Below the pieces are notes generated by a model. The model saw nothing but the letters and a program-made list of their open reading frames with translations. It ran no database searches and was not told the DNA's origin. DNA of 63,533 nt from Octopus bimaculoides (Eukaryota): contig NC_068989.1 in assembly GCF_001194135.2 (NCBI RefSeq), positions 1,123,423 through 1,186,955 on the forward strand, given 5' to 3'. Position numbers and translations under genes: made by a program. Shown piece by piece: positions 22,516 through 33,195 of this stretch; the first letter of the stretch is position 1, and each line of letters begins with the position of its first letter.

Positions 22516-22930
22516 CAGCATCGACTTCACTTTACATTTCTCCGAGGGTTCTTAAAACAAGTTAGTAAGATACAAGTGGAATGAACAGCATTGTACCTAC
22601 ACAAGATAAACCCCAAACACTATTAAGACGTCCAGAAAAAAAGCTCTATTACTTAATAGTTCGCAGGTTGTGCTTTACGTCACAAGGCTTTGTGCTGTTG
22701 ACATGATAACGGTGCTGACGTATTTAACGGAAAATGAAACGTTTTCACACGCTCGCTTGTTAATGTTTAGCCCAAGTGTTGTTTGTTGAGCGACTGTTCG
22801 ACTTTTCATGATGTTATAGTAGTCGGCTGATGGCACTGTGTTGATTTTCTGTGGACGAACAAGTCATAGTCAAGGCTCGACCTGATCGGAATTAAAAGAA
22901 AACAAAACTATCTTAGCAAACAGCCCATTG
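22516..22930. promoter_or_regulatory. Putative divergent promoter with outward-facing first exons
   Basis: CpG-rich: about 39 CpG in 22081-22920 by manual count, against a handful per kb in the FTCD body. Minus-strand donor CTG|GTAAGA at 22516/22515 and plus-strand donor TTG|GTAAGT at 22930/22931. CRE-like TTACGTCA (22675-22682) and TGACGTA (22716-22722) lie between them. Confidence 0.5.
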
Positions 22931-24276
22931 GTAAGTGTTGAAATTTATTTCCCTGTCACTTACACCACGGCTATCTACCTCCCTTCTTTTTAATCTATCT
23001 CTATGTGTTATAGGACGATATGGCACCTTTTTTTTGACGTCTAAGATAAGGAAACGGCCCTGTAACATGCATTCACTAATTCCCTGACCATCACCTCTAA
23101 CTATTCAGACTGTAAATGTACACAACTAAAGCATTTGTTCCCCCAGTTCCCTGGTTGACTTTAACTGAACAATTAAGACACAAAAAGTACTCTAATTTCT
23201 CACTCACTCTCTCTCTCTCTCTCTCTTCCACATACTTTCTGGGCATGAAATCTCACCCTTTCTTCCTCTCTATACACTCACATAAACATACTCTGTCTCC
23301 GGTCAGATTCTCACGCTATATCTCACAAATTATCTTTGGCTAAACACACACACACACACGTTTCCTAACTCTCCTTCTCTCTCTCACTCTTCACTCATTC
23401 TCTGCTTTTCTCCTCACACTTCCTTTAAACACACGTATGTCTACTACTGACCCTTACAGCTCTCATCCTCAATACAAACACACAGCATTCACAGACGAAC
23501 ATATTGTACATACTTTATTCATTCACATTCTACTTCCTCCAACCTTTTTTGCTTAATACAAACCTCTCTTTTACTGTTTTAAGCGATCCATTATGAATAT
23601 ATATCATTACACAATCCAACAACAGCTGGATGGAAGCGCCAGCATTTGTAAAGTTTAGAAAATTCAGAATTGCATGGCTCCCAGCTGGTTGCAAAAAGTG
23701 ATAAAGCCATAAGGTTTCAAACGACAAATTACCCAAGAATTCCGCAACAGCAAGAATGGTAACGAACTAATTGCAAGAAGGAACCTCACCAGGTGGACCA
23801 AACCAAACCAAGCAGACTCTCACGCAGCCGAGTAGAAATACAGATGAAAATACGAGAAATGTCTGCGCGCGTACACACACACACACTTAGAAAAAGAGAG
23901 AGAGGGGGTAGAATATATGTAAATGTGTTTATACGTGTTTGTGTGTGTGCTTGTGTTATTGAATGAATATGTGTATGTTTTAATGTTTGTTTTTTTTCGT
24001 TTCTTTCTTTTTTTTTTAATTTCGAAACAATACTTCAAGGATCATTCAAGGAATTTATGTAGAGAATCATTTATGGCTACAAGAGAAACATTGAAAGTGA
24101 CTTCGAAGTTTCAGGTCGTTCGCCTTGGCCACACAGAGACATGCAACCATCTCTCTCTCTCTCTCTATGATATTGAAGCCAGTCCAGTGGCATGTTATGG
24201 ACCCGCTTTAATAAACTAATTCACTTTACTTTGGTATTGAGAATATTATTTTCTAGATTCGTTACTCAATAACGGC

Positions 24277-24334
<58 letters not shown>

Positions 24335-24368
24335 TGTATATATGTGTGTGTGTGTATATATATGCATG

Positions 24369-25600
24369 TATTGGCTCATTGCATAAATAACATTTTTTAA
24401 TACTTTTTATTTTTCAAAATTAACTTAAAGTTCTTTTTTAATCTAAAATATACTCTCCTTCATTTTCTACAATACTCTTCCCTCTATCTGGTAGACTTGT
24501 AAGGTCCCTCTTCCAAAATTCTCTTGTCCGTAACAAAAAACACTCTTCCAGTACTGTTCTGACCTCGTCTACAGAATTCATATTTTCCCCATCCAAATGA
24601 TTTTGAAGACTGCAGAATAAATGATAATCAGATGGGGCAATGTCTGACGAATATGGTGGGTAGGGCATCGTTTCCCATTCAAACTGCTCCAGCCTTTGGA
24701 ATGTCGTCCTCGCTGTATGAGGCCGAGCATTCTCCTGGTGGAAGAACACCTTTCATATTCAAACCAAAGATGGTCGTTTTTCTGCTGGCGCTGACTTAAG
24801 CCAGTCAAGCGGCTCACAGTAGATCTCCTTTGTTATTGTTTGATTCGGGTTTAAAAGTTCAAAGTGGACTAAACCTTTCATATCCCACCAAACAGGTAAC
24901 AACACCTTACGTGGGTGAAGATCTTCTTTAGCCTGGGGTGCCAGTGTTTCTCCTTGCCCAACCCACTGTCCTTGGCACTTGACGTTTTTATAGAGAACCC
25001 ATTTCTCATCACCAGTCACTATTCGGTCCAAAAAAGGTTCATTCGTGAGACGTGGCAGCAAAGAAGAGCATACATTCACTCTCTGCAAGTGATTAGACTT
25101 GGAAAGTTTGTGAGGAACCCATTGACACAATTTGCTGACTTTTCCAATGGCACACAATTTGCTGATGAATCATTGAATGTTCAAATCCAAGCTTTTCTGC
25201 TAATTCCTCAACTGTTACAATGGGATTTTGTTCCACCAGGTTTTGCAGGATGTCCTTGTGGAGCTCTACAAATCTTCCAGAATGAGGCCCATCTTCTAGG
25301 CTGTAGTTTCTGGCTCGGAATTTCTGGAACCACCATTGACACTGGCTTATGCTTACTGTCCAATCCCCATATACTGCATTAATATTCCTTGCACTTTCCG
25401 TCGTGTTGTTGCCTTTATTGAACTCATAAATTAAAATATACCGAATATGCTCCTTTGTCTCTTCCATTATAGCTTCGAAAAAATAAATGTTAAAATAAAA
25501 CGGCACTCTTCAAAACTTGCACTAAGAATAAGAAGAAGGTAAAATTACAACCTGCTTTTCTAGCAAGTTGATGCAGGTAGTTTATCCCGTCCCTCTCTGA
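24369..25600 (-). mobile_element. Mariner (Tc1/mariner, D,D34D) transposon with inactivated transposase (ATG 25467 to stop 24438)
   Basis: Three frames join into an HTH N-terminus (MEETKEHIRYILIYEF...WFQKFR), WVPHKL, TGDEKW, HQENARPH and PPYSSDIAPSDY, with 34 residues between the 2nd and 3rd catalytic positions. There are two frameshifts and a D-to-E change. A TA-flanked TIR-like end TTGGCTCATTGCATAAATAA lies at about 24371; the other TIR was not found. Confidence 0.95.
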
Positions 25601-26139
25601 CTTTTATCATCATCATTATCGTTTTAACATCCGTTTTTCCATGCTTGCATAAGTTGGGTGGAATTTTTTGAGGTGGATTTTCTACAGATGAATGCCCATC
25701 CTGTCACCCATCCATTCCCACACAAAGTAATATTCCCCCATGACCAGACATGTGGGAAATGGACACCATTTGCATGATGGTGACACTCGTTTACAACCAT
25801 CATGTGATGTCAAAGCAAAGAGACAATAACACACTCCTCCGTGTATATATCTCCTTCATACTCACCACTTGTATTGCTCAGCACCACTGTTCCATGCCTT
25901 GCATGGATCAGATGGAGTTCACTAAAGCCTGGTTTCTATGGCTGGGTGCCCTTCCTGTCATCAATCCTCACCTGTTTCCAAGTAAGGTAATGTTTGTCCA
26001 TGGTCAGACATGTCTTTGTGCAAAACTGAAAACAGCACACCGTGTATTGTAGTGACACTTATTTACAACTATCAAACATTGTCAGGACAAGGGTACAGTA
26101 ACACACGTGCACATACACACACACACACGTGCATTATTG

Positions 26140-26320
26140 TCGTCGTCATCATCAGCATCATCATCATCTGCCCGTTTGCCATACTGGCGTGTGTTGGATG
26201 GTTTGACATGCTGTGCCAATTTTCAGTGTCAGCTTGGGCACGGTTTCTATAGCTGGATGCCCTTCCTTAAAAACCAACCATTTTGCAAAGTGTTACTGGA
26301 CGGGTGTTCTCTTGCCACTG
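26140..26320 (-). mobile_element. Family C RTE 3'UTR fragment
   Basis: (CAT)n tail and GCTGGATGCCCTTCC core. Confidence 0.8.
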
Positions 26321-26604
26321 GCGCTAGTGAGGTTGGTAAGTAAATTGCAAGAGAAAATCTCTTCCTACTGAGTGGGGATGGGTGGGTGAAGTATTTGAGA
26401 GGGGGAGGTGGTGTTTTTTTTAATGCCAGTTGAAAGGCTAAAGTATGATAGAGGGACAAGCATAGGCTTCCTACTATAGAGGAGAGACATGGCTACTCTC
26501 CACTTGATATATAGAGGGGAGTGGGAGTAGATGGGAGTGAGGGAATGCCAGAGCAAAGTGTCTGGGTACAAGAAAGTGTGCATAAGAGATGAGAGGGATG
26601 TTTT

Positions 26605-26750
26605 GTTGAGAGAGAGGTAATAGATCTCTGAACTTTCTCAATCCTATCCTTATTCTAGCAACTATACATTCAGAACATCCTCTCCTCCACTGCTATAGTC
26701 ACCCAGGAAACCAAAACTATCAACTACCTTTAGGAGTCTCCAAGTCATAC
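26605..26750 (-). mobile_element. RTE-clade LINE fragment, post-RT region
   Basis: Frameshifted translation LKVVDSFGFLGD..SSGG..CSECIVARIRIGLRKFRDLLPL (F.YLG / ARI..W..F motif). Confidence 0.7.
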
Positions 26751-26779
26751 AAGAAAATCTATTTCCTCCATGTGTCCTC

Positions 26780-26960
26780 AGTCTCTGTTGCTTCTGCACA
26801 CCTACCTATGAACTCTGAGGAAGCTTCTGTCAAATGGTCTTCACCAGAAAGCTGGGTTTCTGAAAGGGCTGCTATATGTTGAGATGCACTCTGACATTCA
26901 GAATGATCTGCAAGTTCTAGAAGGATTCTTACATTCCAACAACCAATGTTAAAAAAATGT
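26780..26960 (-). mobile_element. RTE-clade LINE APE endonuclease N-terminal fragment
   Basis: NIGCWNVRILL...IAALSETQLSGEDHLTE matches the WNVRTL / IAALSETR motifs. Confidence 0.8.
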
Positions 26961-27332
26961 GTTTTTTTTTTATCATCATCATCATCATTTAACGTCTGTC
27001 TGCCATGCTGGCATGGGTTGAACAACATGTGAGACGGACATTAAATTAGAATAAAATCTTGTGTTAAGCCTGTGTTTTATTTCTACTTTTGATGGACTGC
27101 TATTATTAGCAGCAAATTATCCAACATCAGTGGACAGGTAATTCTTAGAGCACCTTCCCAGACATAGAGTGATTAGGTGAGCAGTGCTTTCCTAACTCCG
27201 CCAAAGCAATTGCTATCCATGGAAACATAACAATGTTAGGATAAGCTTCTCATGAGTGCCCAGTGAATCTCATGTGCCAGCGCATGATGAAAGAGCAGGT
27301 TTGTGGACACATTCCACTTGTTTTTTTTACAG

Positions 27333-27510
27333 TTGTTGCTTCTCAATCTAAAATGTAGCTTTGTTGGCCTGCACTCCGGTGCTCAACATCAGACCATATC
27401 AGGGGTTATGCTGTGGAGACTTCTGCACTGTAATAGAGGAAGAAAACTACTCATCTATGTTGTTATTGGAAGGACCACAAAATGAAATTGAGGACCTACT
27501 AGAAATGATG
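27333..27510 (+). other. Candidate exon 2 of the unidentified plus-strand transcript (may start coding: MLLLEGPQNEIEDLLEMM)
   Basis: ttttttttacag| acceptor and ATG|GTGAGT donor. In-frame ATGs at 27457, 27505 and 27508. Confidence 0.4.
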
Positions 27511-28921
27511 GTGAGTTTAGGGTGCAGTGTTGATGCAACACATCTCAGTTGTGGCCAATAATTTAAAATGTGTTATTTTTGTAGTGAAACTGAGGGAAAC
27601 TGAAATGATAAATGGAGAAGGAGTGAGTGGCAGTTGGAGATGTTAACTGTAGGTGAGGGGGAAGTAAAAGCCTTGCAATTACCATGAGATGTAGTGAGAG
27701 ATGTTGCAATGGCTGCAATAGCAGGAATTTTGGGTCAAAAGGAAACTGCTAAATTTTTTCATAAACTATATTTTGACTTAATTTCGTTGTTTATATTTAA
27801 GTGTGTGTGTGTGTGGNNNNNNNNNNATTGGAAGCAATACATATCTCATGTTGATTTTAAAGTATAGAAGCTCACACATGAGCAAATACACTTTTACATA
27901 TGCACATGTGCACGCACACACACACACACACACGATATAGATTTTTGTTTTCCTCACTGAATCACATATATGACTATTGTTAAGACACCATTTAAGTAGG
28001 AGGAGTTCCATGGCTATAAACAAAGTTTGGTTTGATTTTATGACTTTGTCCACAACATTGTTGTTAAAGAGGGTTGATCCAGGTGTGCTGTTATCAATAA
28101 CTGCACTGCAATGGGGTACAAATTGAAACCAACCTATTTCAAAAGTGTCATCGTCAAAGCTATTTGTCTTGTAAGATTTTTATGGAACAAATGTCACAAC
28201 AATATTGGTACCATTGAATTGTTGCTTCCGTACAAACATTGTTCCTTGATACAGAACAAAGCACAATGTCTTCACATACAAGTCTAAGACTATTTGAAGT
28301 ATGACAGGCATTGCCAATTTAGATTTTTCAAGGAATGCAGTGGTTTGCATAGAAAATGTTTCTTTTTATTCTTTGGTTATTTCCAAATAACACCATCATG
28401 ATTCCTTTGAGATTGCTGTTAACATATGATCTCTCTCTCTCTCTCTCTCTCTCACACATACACAGAGTTTGTCATTTGCAATAATAAAGTATGAATCTGT
28501 ATTTGTTTTCTCATTTTGTCTTTTATTTAATTGTGTTTGTACAAAGGAATCATTTGTATGTGTATACAATATAAACTGTGTTTGTGTGTTTATATAGTAT
28601 AAATCATTTGTTTGTGTGTATGTATATCTAGTACAAATCATGTGTGTATGTGTTTATTTAGTCCAAATAATTTGTGCATGTGTATCTGTCACAATATAAT
28701 TACTTTGCTTGCTTTCGAGTCGATCCTGCCATCAATAGCTTCATTGTTGTTCAGCTGCCATTCATTTCTACTGATTTCCCTTATTGATTCAACATCAATA
28801 TTTTCCATCAATCATTTCTGTAGGTTTTGTTAAATCGTGGGATATTAAACGACCTTTAAATATCGTTACTTTGATCCTTGAAGTTATTTCATTAACATCA
28901 TCATCATCATTATTATTACTA

Positions 28922-29151
28922 TTATTGAAGGAGCTCGGAAAACAACCTCAGCACTCTTGCATAATTTTTAAAGGATTGTATGGGCAACACCTGTTTGTTG
29001 ACCCCTGTCACTGGTGGTGTTGGATGGATTTCTTTCCAAAGCTCTTGTTCTAGTTTTCTTTTATCATTCTTCATGCTCCTTTTCACCGTTTCATCATTAT
29101 CCGATGCTCCCCCGCTTCCCACTCTCTCAGAATCCTTCTGCTCTGATAATT
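28922..29151 (-). CDS. Candidate terminal coding exon of an unidentified minus-strand gene (..LSEQKDSERVGSGGASDNDETVKRSMKNDKRKLEQELWKEIHP...NYARVLRLFSELLQ*)
   Basis: gtattttag| acceptor, 75 open codons with non-repetitive charged composition, a stop cluster and downstream AATAAA hexamers. Upstream exons were not found. Confidence 0.35.
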
Positions 29152-29284
29152 CTAAAATACAACACTTAAAAACCTAATGGTATATTATTTTTCTATCTCT
29201 CTGAAGAGATTTTGACTAATATAACAATTTTGATAATTGCTATTTAATCTATTAGGCTTAATTGAAACAGCTGTAAGGGACTAG

Positions 29285-29555
29285 TTTCTCCCCCTGGAGT
29301 GTGATGGAATCTGTTTTCTGAGCATCTGTGGTGTCTATTGCCCCTGTGCATCTGCTGCACATGAAAGCTATCTTCTTGGTTAATCTTCCTTTGATGTTGC
29401 ACCTCTTATGTGTCCATAGCTTACACTGGGTACATCTTATGGAGTTTCTACCTACACCTTTTCTACAGATTGAGCAGGGCCACCTACCTGAGGGGGGTTG
29501 TGTGATGTGTTCACCTTCCTACTTAGTAGAACTTTGGTCTTTGCTACATTGACTT
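29285..29555 (-). mobile_element. RTE-type LINE fragment: RT C-terminus with an embedded C4HC3 (PHD-like) finger
   Basis: VNVAKTKVLLSRK, then (frameshift) GRWPCSICRKGVGRNSIRCTQCKLWTHKRCNIKGRLTKKIAFMCSRCTG. Confidence 0.8.
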
Positions 29556-29899
29556 TACAAGATGTAGTCTTACATCTAAAGTCAAGATGGTCATGGCTGG
29601 AATGTCTTTGTTCATAGATCTGCTCAATCATGATTCTTACAATTCTTTTTCAGTATTTCTGGGCAAATACTGTGTGGGTCGAAGATGAAACACCATCTAG
29701 AATCTTGTGTTTTGTTTAAAATTGGTGAAATCAAGATGGAGCCATGTTGACGGTTCTATCTTTTTACAAATAGTTTTGTGTTGGACAACAGCTGAAGGTT
29801 TGTGCAGTTGAAACTAAAGTAATTCTGTGTGGTCTATCTTGTTAATTGGTAGCGAAAAGATTGACCTAACTTGAATATATATTTATTTCTTTATTGCCC

Positions 29900-30360
29900 A
29901 CAGGGGGCTAAACATAGAGGGGACAAACAAGGACAGACAAAGGGATTAAGACAATTACATCGACCCCAGTGTGTAACTGGTACATATTCAATCGACCTTT
30001 AAAGGATAAAAGGCAAAGTCGACCTCGGCGGAATTTGAACCCAGAACGTAATGGCAGATGAAATACCGCTAAGCATTTCGCTCGGTGTGCTAACCACTCT
30101 GCCAGCTCTCCATCCTTTGAATATATTATTCAGTTGTTAAGCTGATCAGTTTAGTGATTTTAATACCTGTAACGATGGTCTCAAATTTTGGCACAAGGCC
30201 AGCAATGTAAGTACTCAACTGGTTGCTTATTTTTATTGATCCCAAAAGGGTGAAAGGCAAAGTCAACCTTGGCAGAAATTGAATTCAGGTCGTAATGATG
30301 GACGAAATTCTGCTAAGAATTTTATCTGGCACGGTAACAATTCTGCTGGCTCAGTGTCTT
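29900..30360 (-). mobile_element. Two tandem SINE family B copies (about 29900-30110 and 30175-30360)
   Basis: Both carry AAAGGCAAAGTC.ACCT.GGC.GAA.TTGAA. Confidence 0.85.
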
Positions 30361-31551
30361 GTAAATTACCAATTCTTATTGATTGGCAGTCATTGAATGC
30401 CGGGGATCAAAGTTAGCTGCTATAAAAAGAAGCGGAACAAAATTATTTCTGTATTTCATAAATAATTTTAAAATAATTTTTGGATCAGTTACAATCAAAC
30501 TTCTCACTAATAATAGCTTAAAATAAACATATTTTTTTTGTCAGAAACATTCTGTTGGTTTTTAAGCAACAAAAGTGTACANNNNNNNNNNNNNNNNNNN
30601 NNNNNNNNNNNNNNNNNNNNNNNNNNNNNNNNNNNNNNNNNNNNNNNNNNNNNNNNNNNNNNNNNNNNNNNNNNNNNNNNNNNNNNNNNNNNNNNNNNNN
30701 NNNNNNNNNNNNNNNNNNNNNNNNNNNNNNNNNNNNNNNNNNNNNNNNNNNNNNNNNNNNNNNNNNNNNNNNNNNNNNNNNNNNNNNNNNNNNNNNNNNN
30801 NNNNNNNNNNNNNNNNNNNNNNNNNNNNNNNNNNNNNNNNNNNNNNNNNNNNNNNNNNNNNNNNNNNNNNNNNNNNNNNNNNNNNNNNNNNNNNNNCACC
30901 ACCACCACCACCACCATCGACAACAACAACAACAGCTTGTTCCTCTTTCCTCGACTCTTTTGGAGGAAACGTGAAGCTGACTATTTTCAGCTCCTTTATT
31001 TCTATATTTTTTTCATTTCTTGTAATTCTTTTCTTTTTTTTTTTCTGCTTCAATCTGTCTGTCTTCCTTATTTAAAAAACATTTCCTTGCCATTGAAAAT
31101 AACATTTGTTGTTGAGCAAACTGCTTTACAAGAGCCATCTTGTCTATTTTTATTCCAGTGTCATCTTTATTGCCATCATTTACCAAGTTCTTTGTTGAGA
31201 ATAAAATTGTGTCACAGATTGATATTTCCTATGCAACACACTTTCTCGACACCCATTTTCGGAATGTATTGTGCGCCCCACCCAGATCGGTTTTTGTTTT
31301 TAAGCTATTTATTGTTGTTAGTCGTCACACTAAAATAGTTGTTCTTTATATCTTTTCTATGAATTATTATTAAAACTTGCATCTTGTGTGAATTGTTTTC
31401 AATTCAATTTTTTTTTTCTATTTATATATTTTAGCATTTGTAATACGTGCAGTCTCTCTTTCTTTCTCTCTCTCTCTCTCGGCACATTGGTATTGGGATT
31501 AAAACAGTTAACACACACACACGTGCGCACGCACATGCACATTTATATATT

Positions 31552-31735
31552 AGGTGCAGATATAGCTGTTTGGTAGGAAACTTGCTTCCCAATCACATGG
31601 TTCCGGGTTCAGTCCCACTGCATGGCACCTTGGGCAAATGTCTTCTGCTGTAGTCTCGAATCAACCAAAGCCTTGTCAGTGGATTTGGCAGAGGGAAACT
31701 GAGAGAAGCTGGTCGAGTGTGTGTGTGTTGGTGTG
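31552..31735 (+). mobile_element. SINE family A, 5' half
   Basis: CTTGCTTCCCAATCACATGGTTCCGGGTTCAGTCCCACTGCATGGCACCTTGGGCAA. Confidence 0.88.
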
Positions 31736-31869
31736 TTTCCCCTTCTGCTGTCACACTTAACCAGATTCCCTTCAGGATGAGAAAAAGAACTAAGACTAAA
31801 CGACCAAGAGATTTCTTAGAATTCTGGAGGAATATTAAAAGATCTGTCGAAAGGATTAAGAAGGATTAA

Positions 31870-32222
31870 GTGTGTGGCCGTGCTGGGGCACTGCCAAAGA
31901 AGTTTAAGTCAATTGTGAATTGACCCCAGTACTTATATTATTTTAAGTGTGGTACTTATTCTATGAAACTGTTTTGCAAAACTGCTAGGTCACAGGGACA
32001 TAAACACACCAGCACCGGTTGTCAAGTGGTGGTGGTGGTGGAGGACAAACACACGCATAGATATACACTTGATGAGTTTCTTTCAGTTTCCGTCTACTGT
32101 CCACTTTGGCTTTGGTCAGCCTGAGGATATAGTAAAAAACACTTGCCCAAGGGGCCACACAGTGGGACTGAACCTGGAACGGTGTACTTTGGAAACAAGC
32201 TTCTTAACCACACAGCCATTAA
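31870..32222 (-). mobile_element. SINE family A, near full length, inverted relative to the 31552 copy
   Basis: CACTTGCCCAAGG...GTGGGACTGAACC...AAGCTTCTTAACCACACAGCCAT, plus the 3' body. Confidence 0.85.
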
Positions 32223-32859
32223 GAAAAAGTTAACAAGGCTTGGTACCATTGAGGAGGCAGCTGTTTGTTATATCCGGTCAGTCTGTAGCCACTGGCCACG
32301 ACACCTGTCAGCACTGCCTGGCAGTAAATGTGCACCAAGGAGTAAATATTTCTTTTGTTTTCTTTTGATGATATTAAATATTATAATCACCAATTTGAGA
32401 CAGAAAAAACAGGTAATAAGTCACTAATGAGACACAAACCATGTCTGCATTGTTTGTTGTGTGTGTGTGTGTGTGTGTTATGAATGAAGCTACAAAGCAT
32501 CTGTCACCCCCCCCCCTCTCTCTCAAATTAACTCCATAAATCAATTCTCTTACTTTTCACCTTACTATTTTATGCTTACAAAACAATTGATCGGTTGCTT
32601 AGTACTTGTAGGTTAGACAAGGTGTTGCATGTCTGTTTGATGTGTGGGGACAAGAAATAACTTCATGGACTTAATTATGAATGAATTAAATGCTGAGACT
32701 TAATCATCATCATCATCATCACATGACATTACTCTTAATAGCATCAAATCTCGTTTGTTATGTATCTTTTATCTTTTACCTGTTTCAGACATTAGACTGT
32801 GGCCATGCTGGGGCACCCCCTTGAAGAGGTTTTAGTTGAATCAGTTGACCCAAATACCC

Positions 32860-33195
32860 CCTTTTAGCTTGCATTGTTCTTTTGAGTTCAGTCCCATTAC
32901 ATGGCACCTTGAGCAAGTGTGTAGCCTTGGGCCAACCAAAGACTTGGGAGTAGATTTGGTAGACAGAAGCCCAGCATGTGTATATTGTGTGTGTGTGTGT
33001 CCTACCACAGCTTGACAACCGGTGTTGGTGTGTTTATGTCCCTCTAACTTAGCAGTTTGATGAAAATGACCAACAGAATAAATACGAGGTTTAAAAAAAA
33101 AAGATTAAGTATTGGGGTCGATTCAACTAAAAATTATTCAAGGCATTGCTCAAGTATGGCCACAGCCTAATGACTGAATCAAGTAAAAGATAAAA
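32860..33195 (+). mobile_element. SINE family A copy
   Basis: GAGTTCAGTCCC...GGCACCTTG...GCTTGACAACCGGTG...ATGACTGAATCAAGTAAAAGA. Confidence 0.8.

Noticed and set aside
24915-25382. 155-aa plus-strand ORF
   Set aside because: It is the antisense shadow of the mariner transposase.
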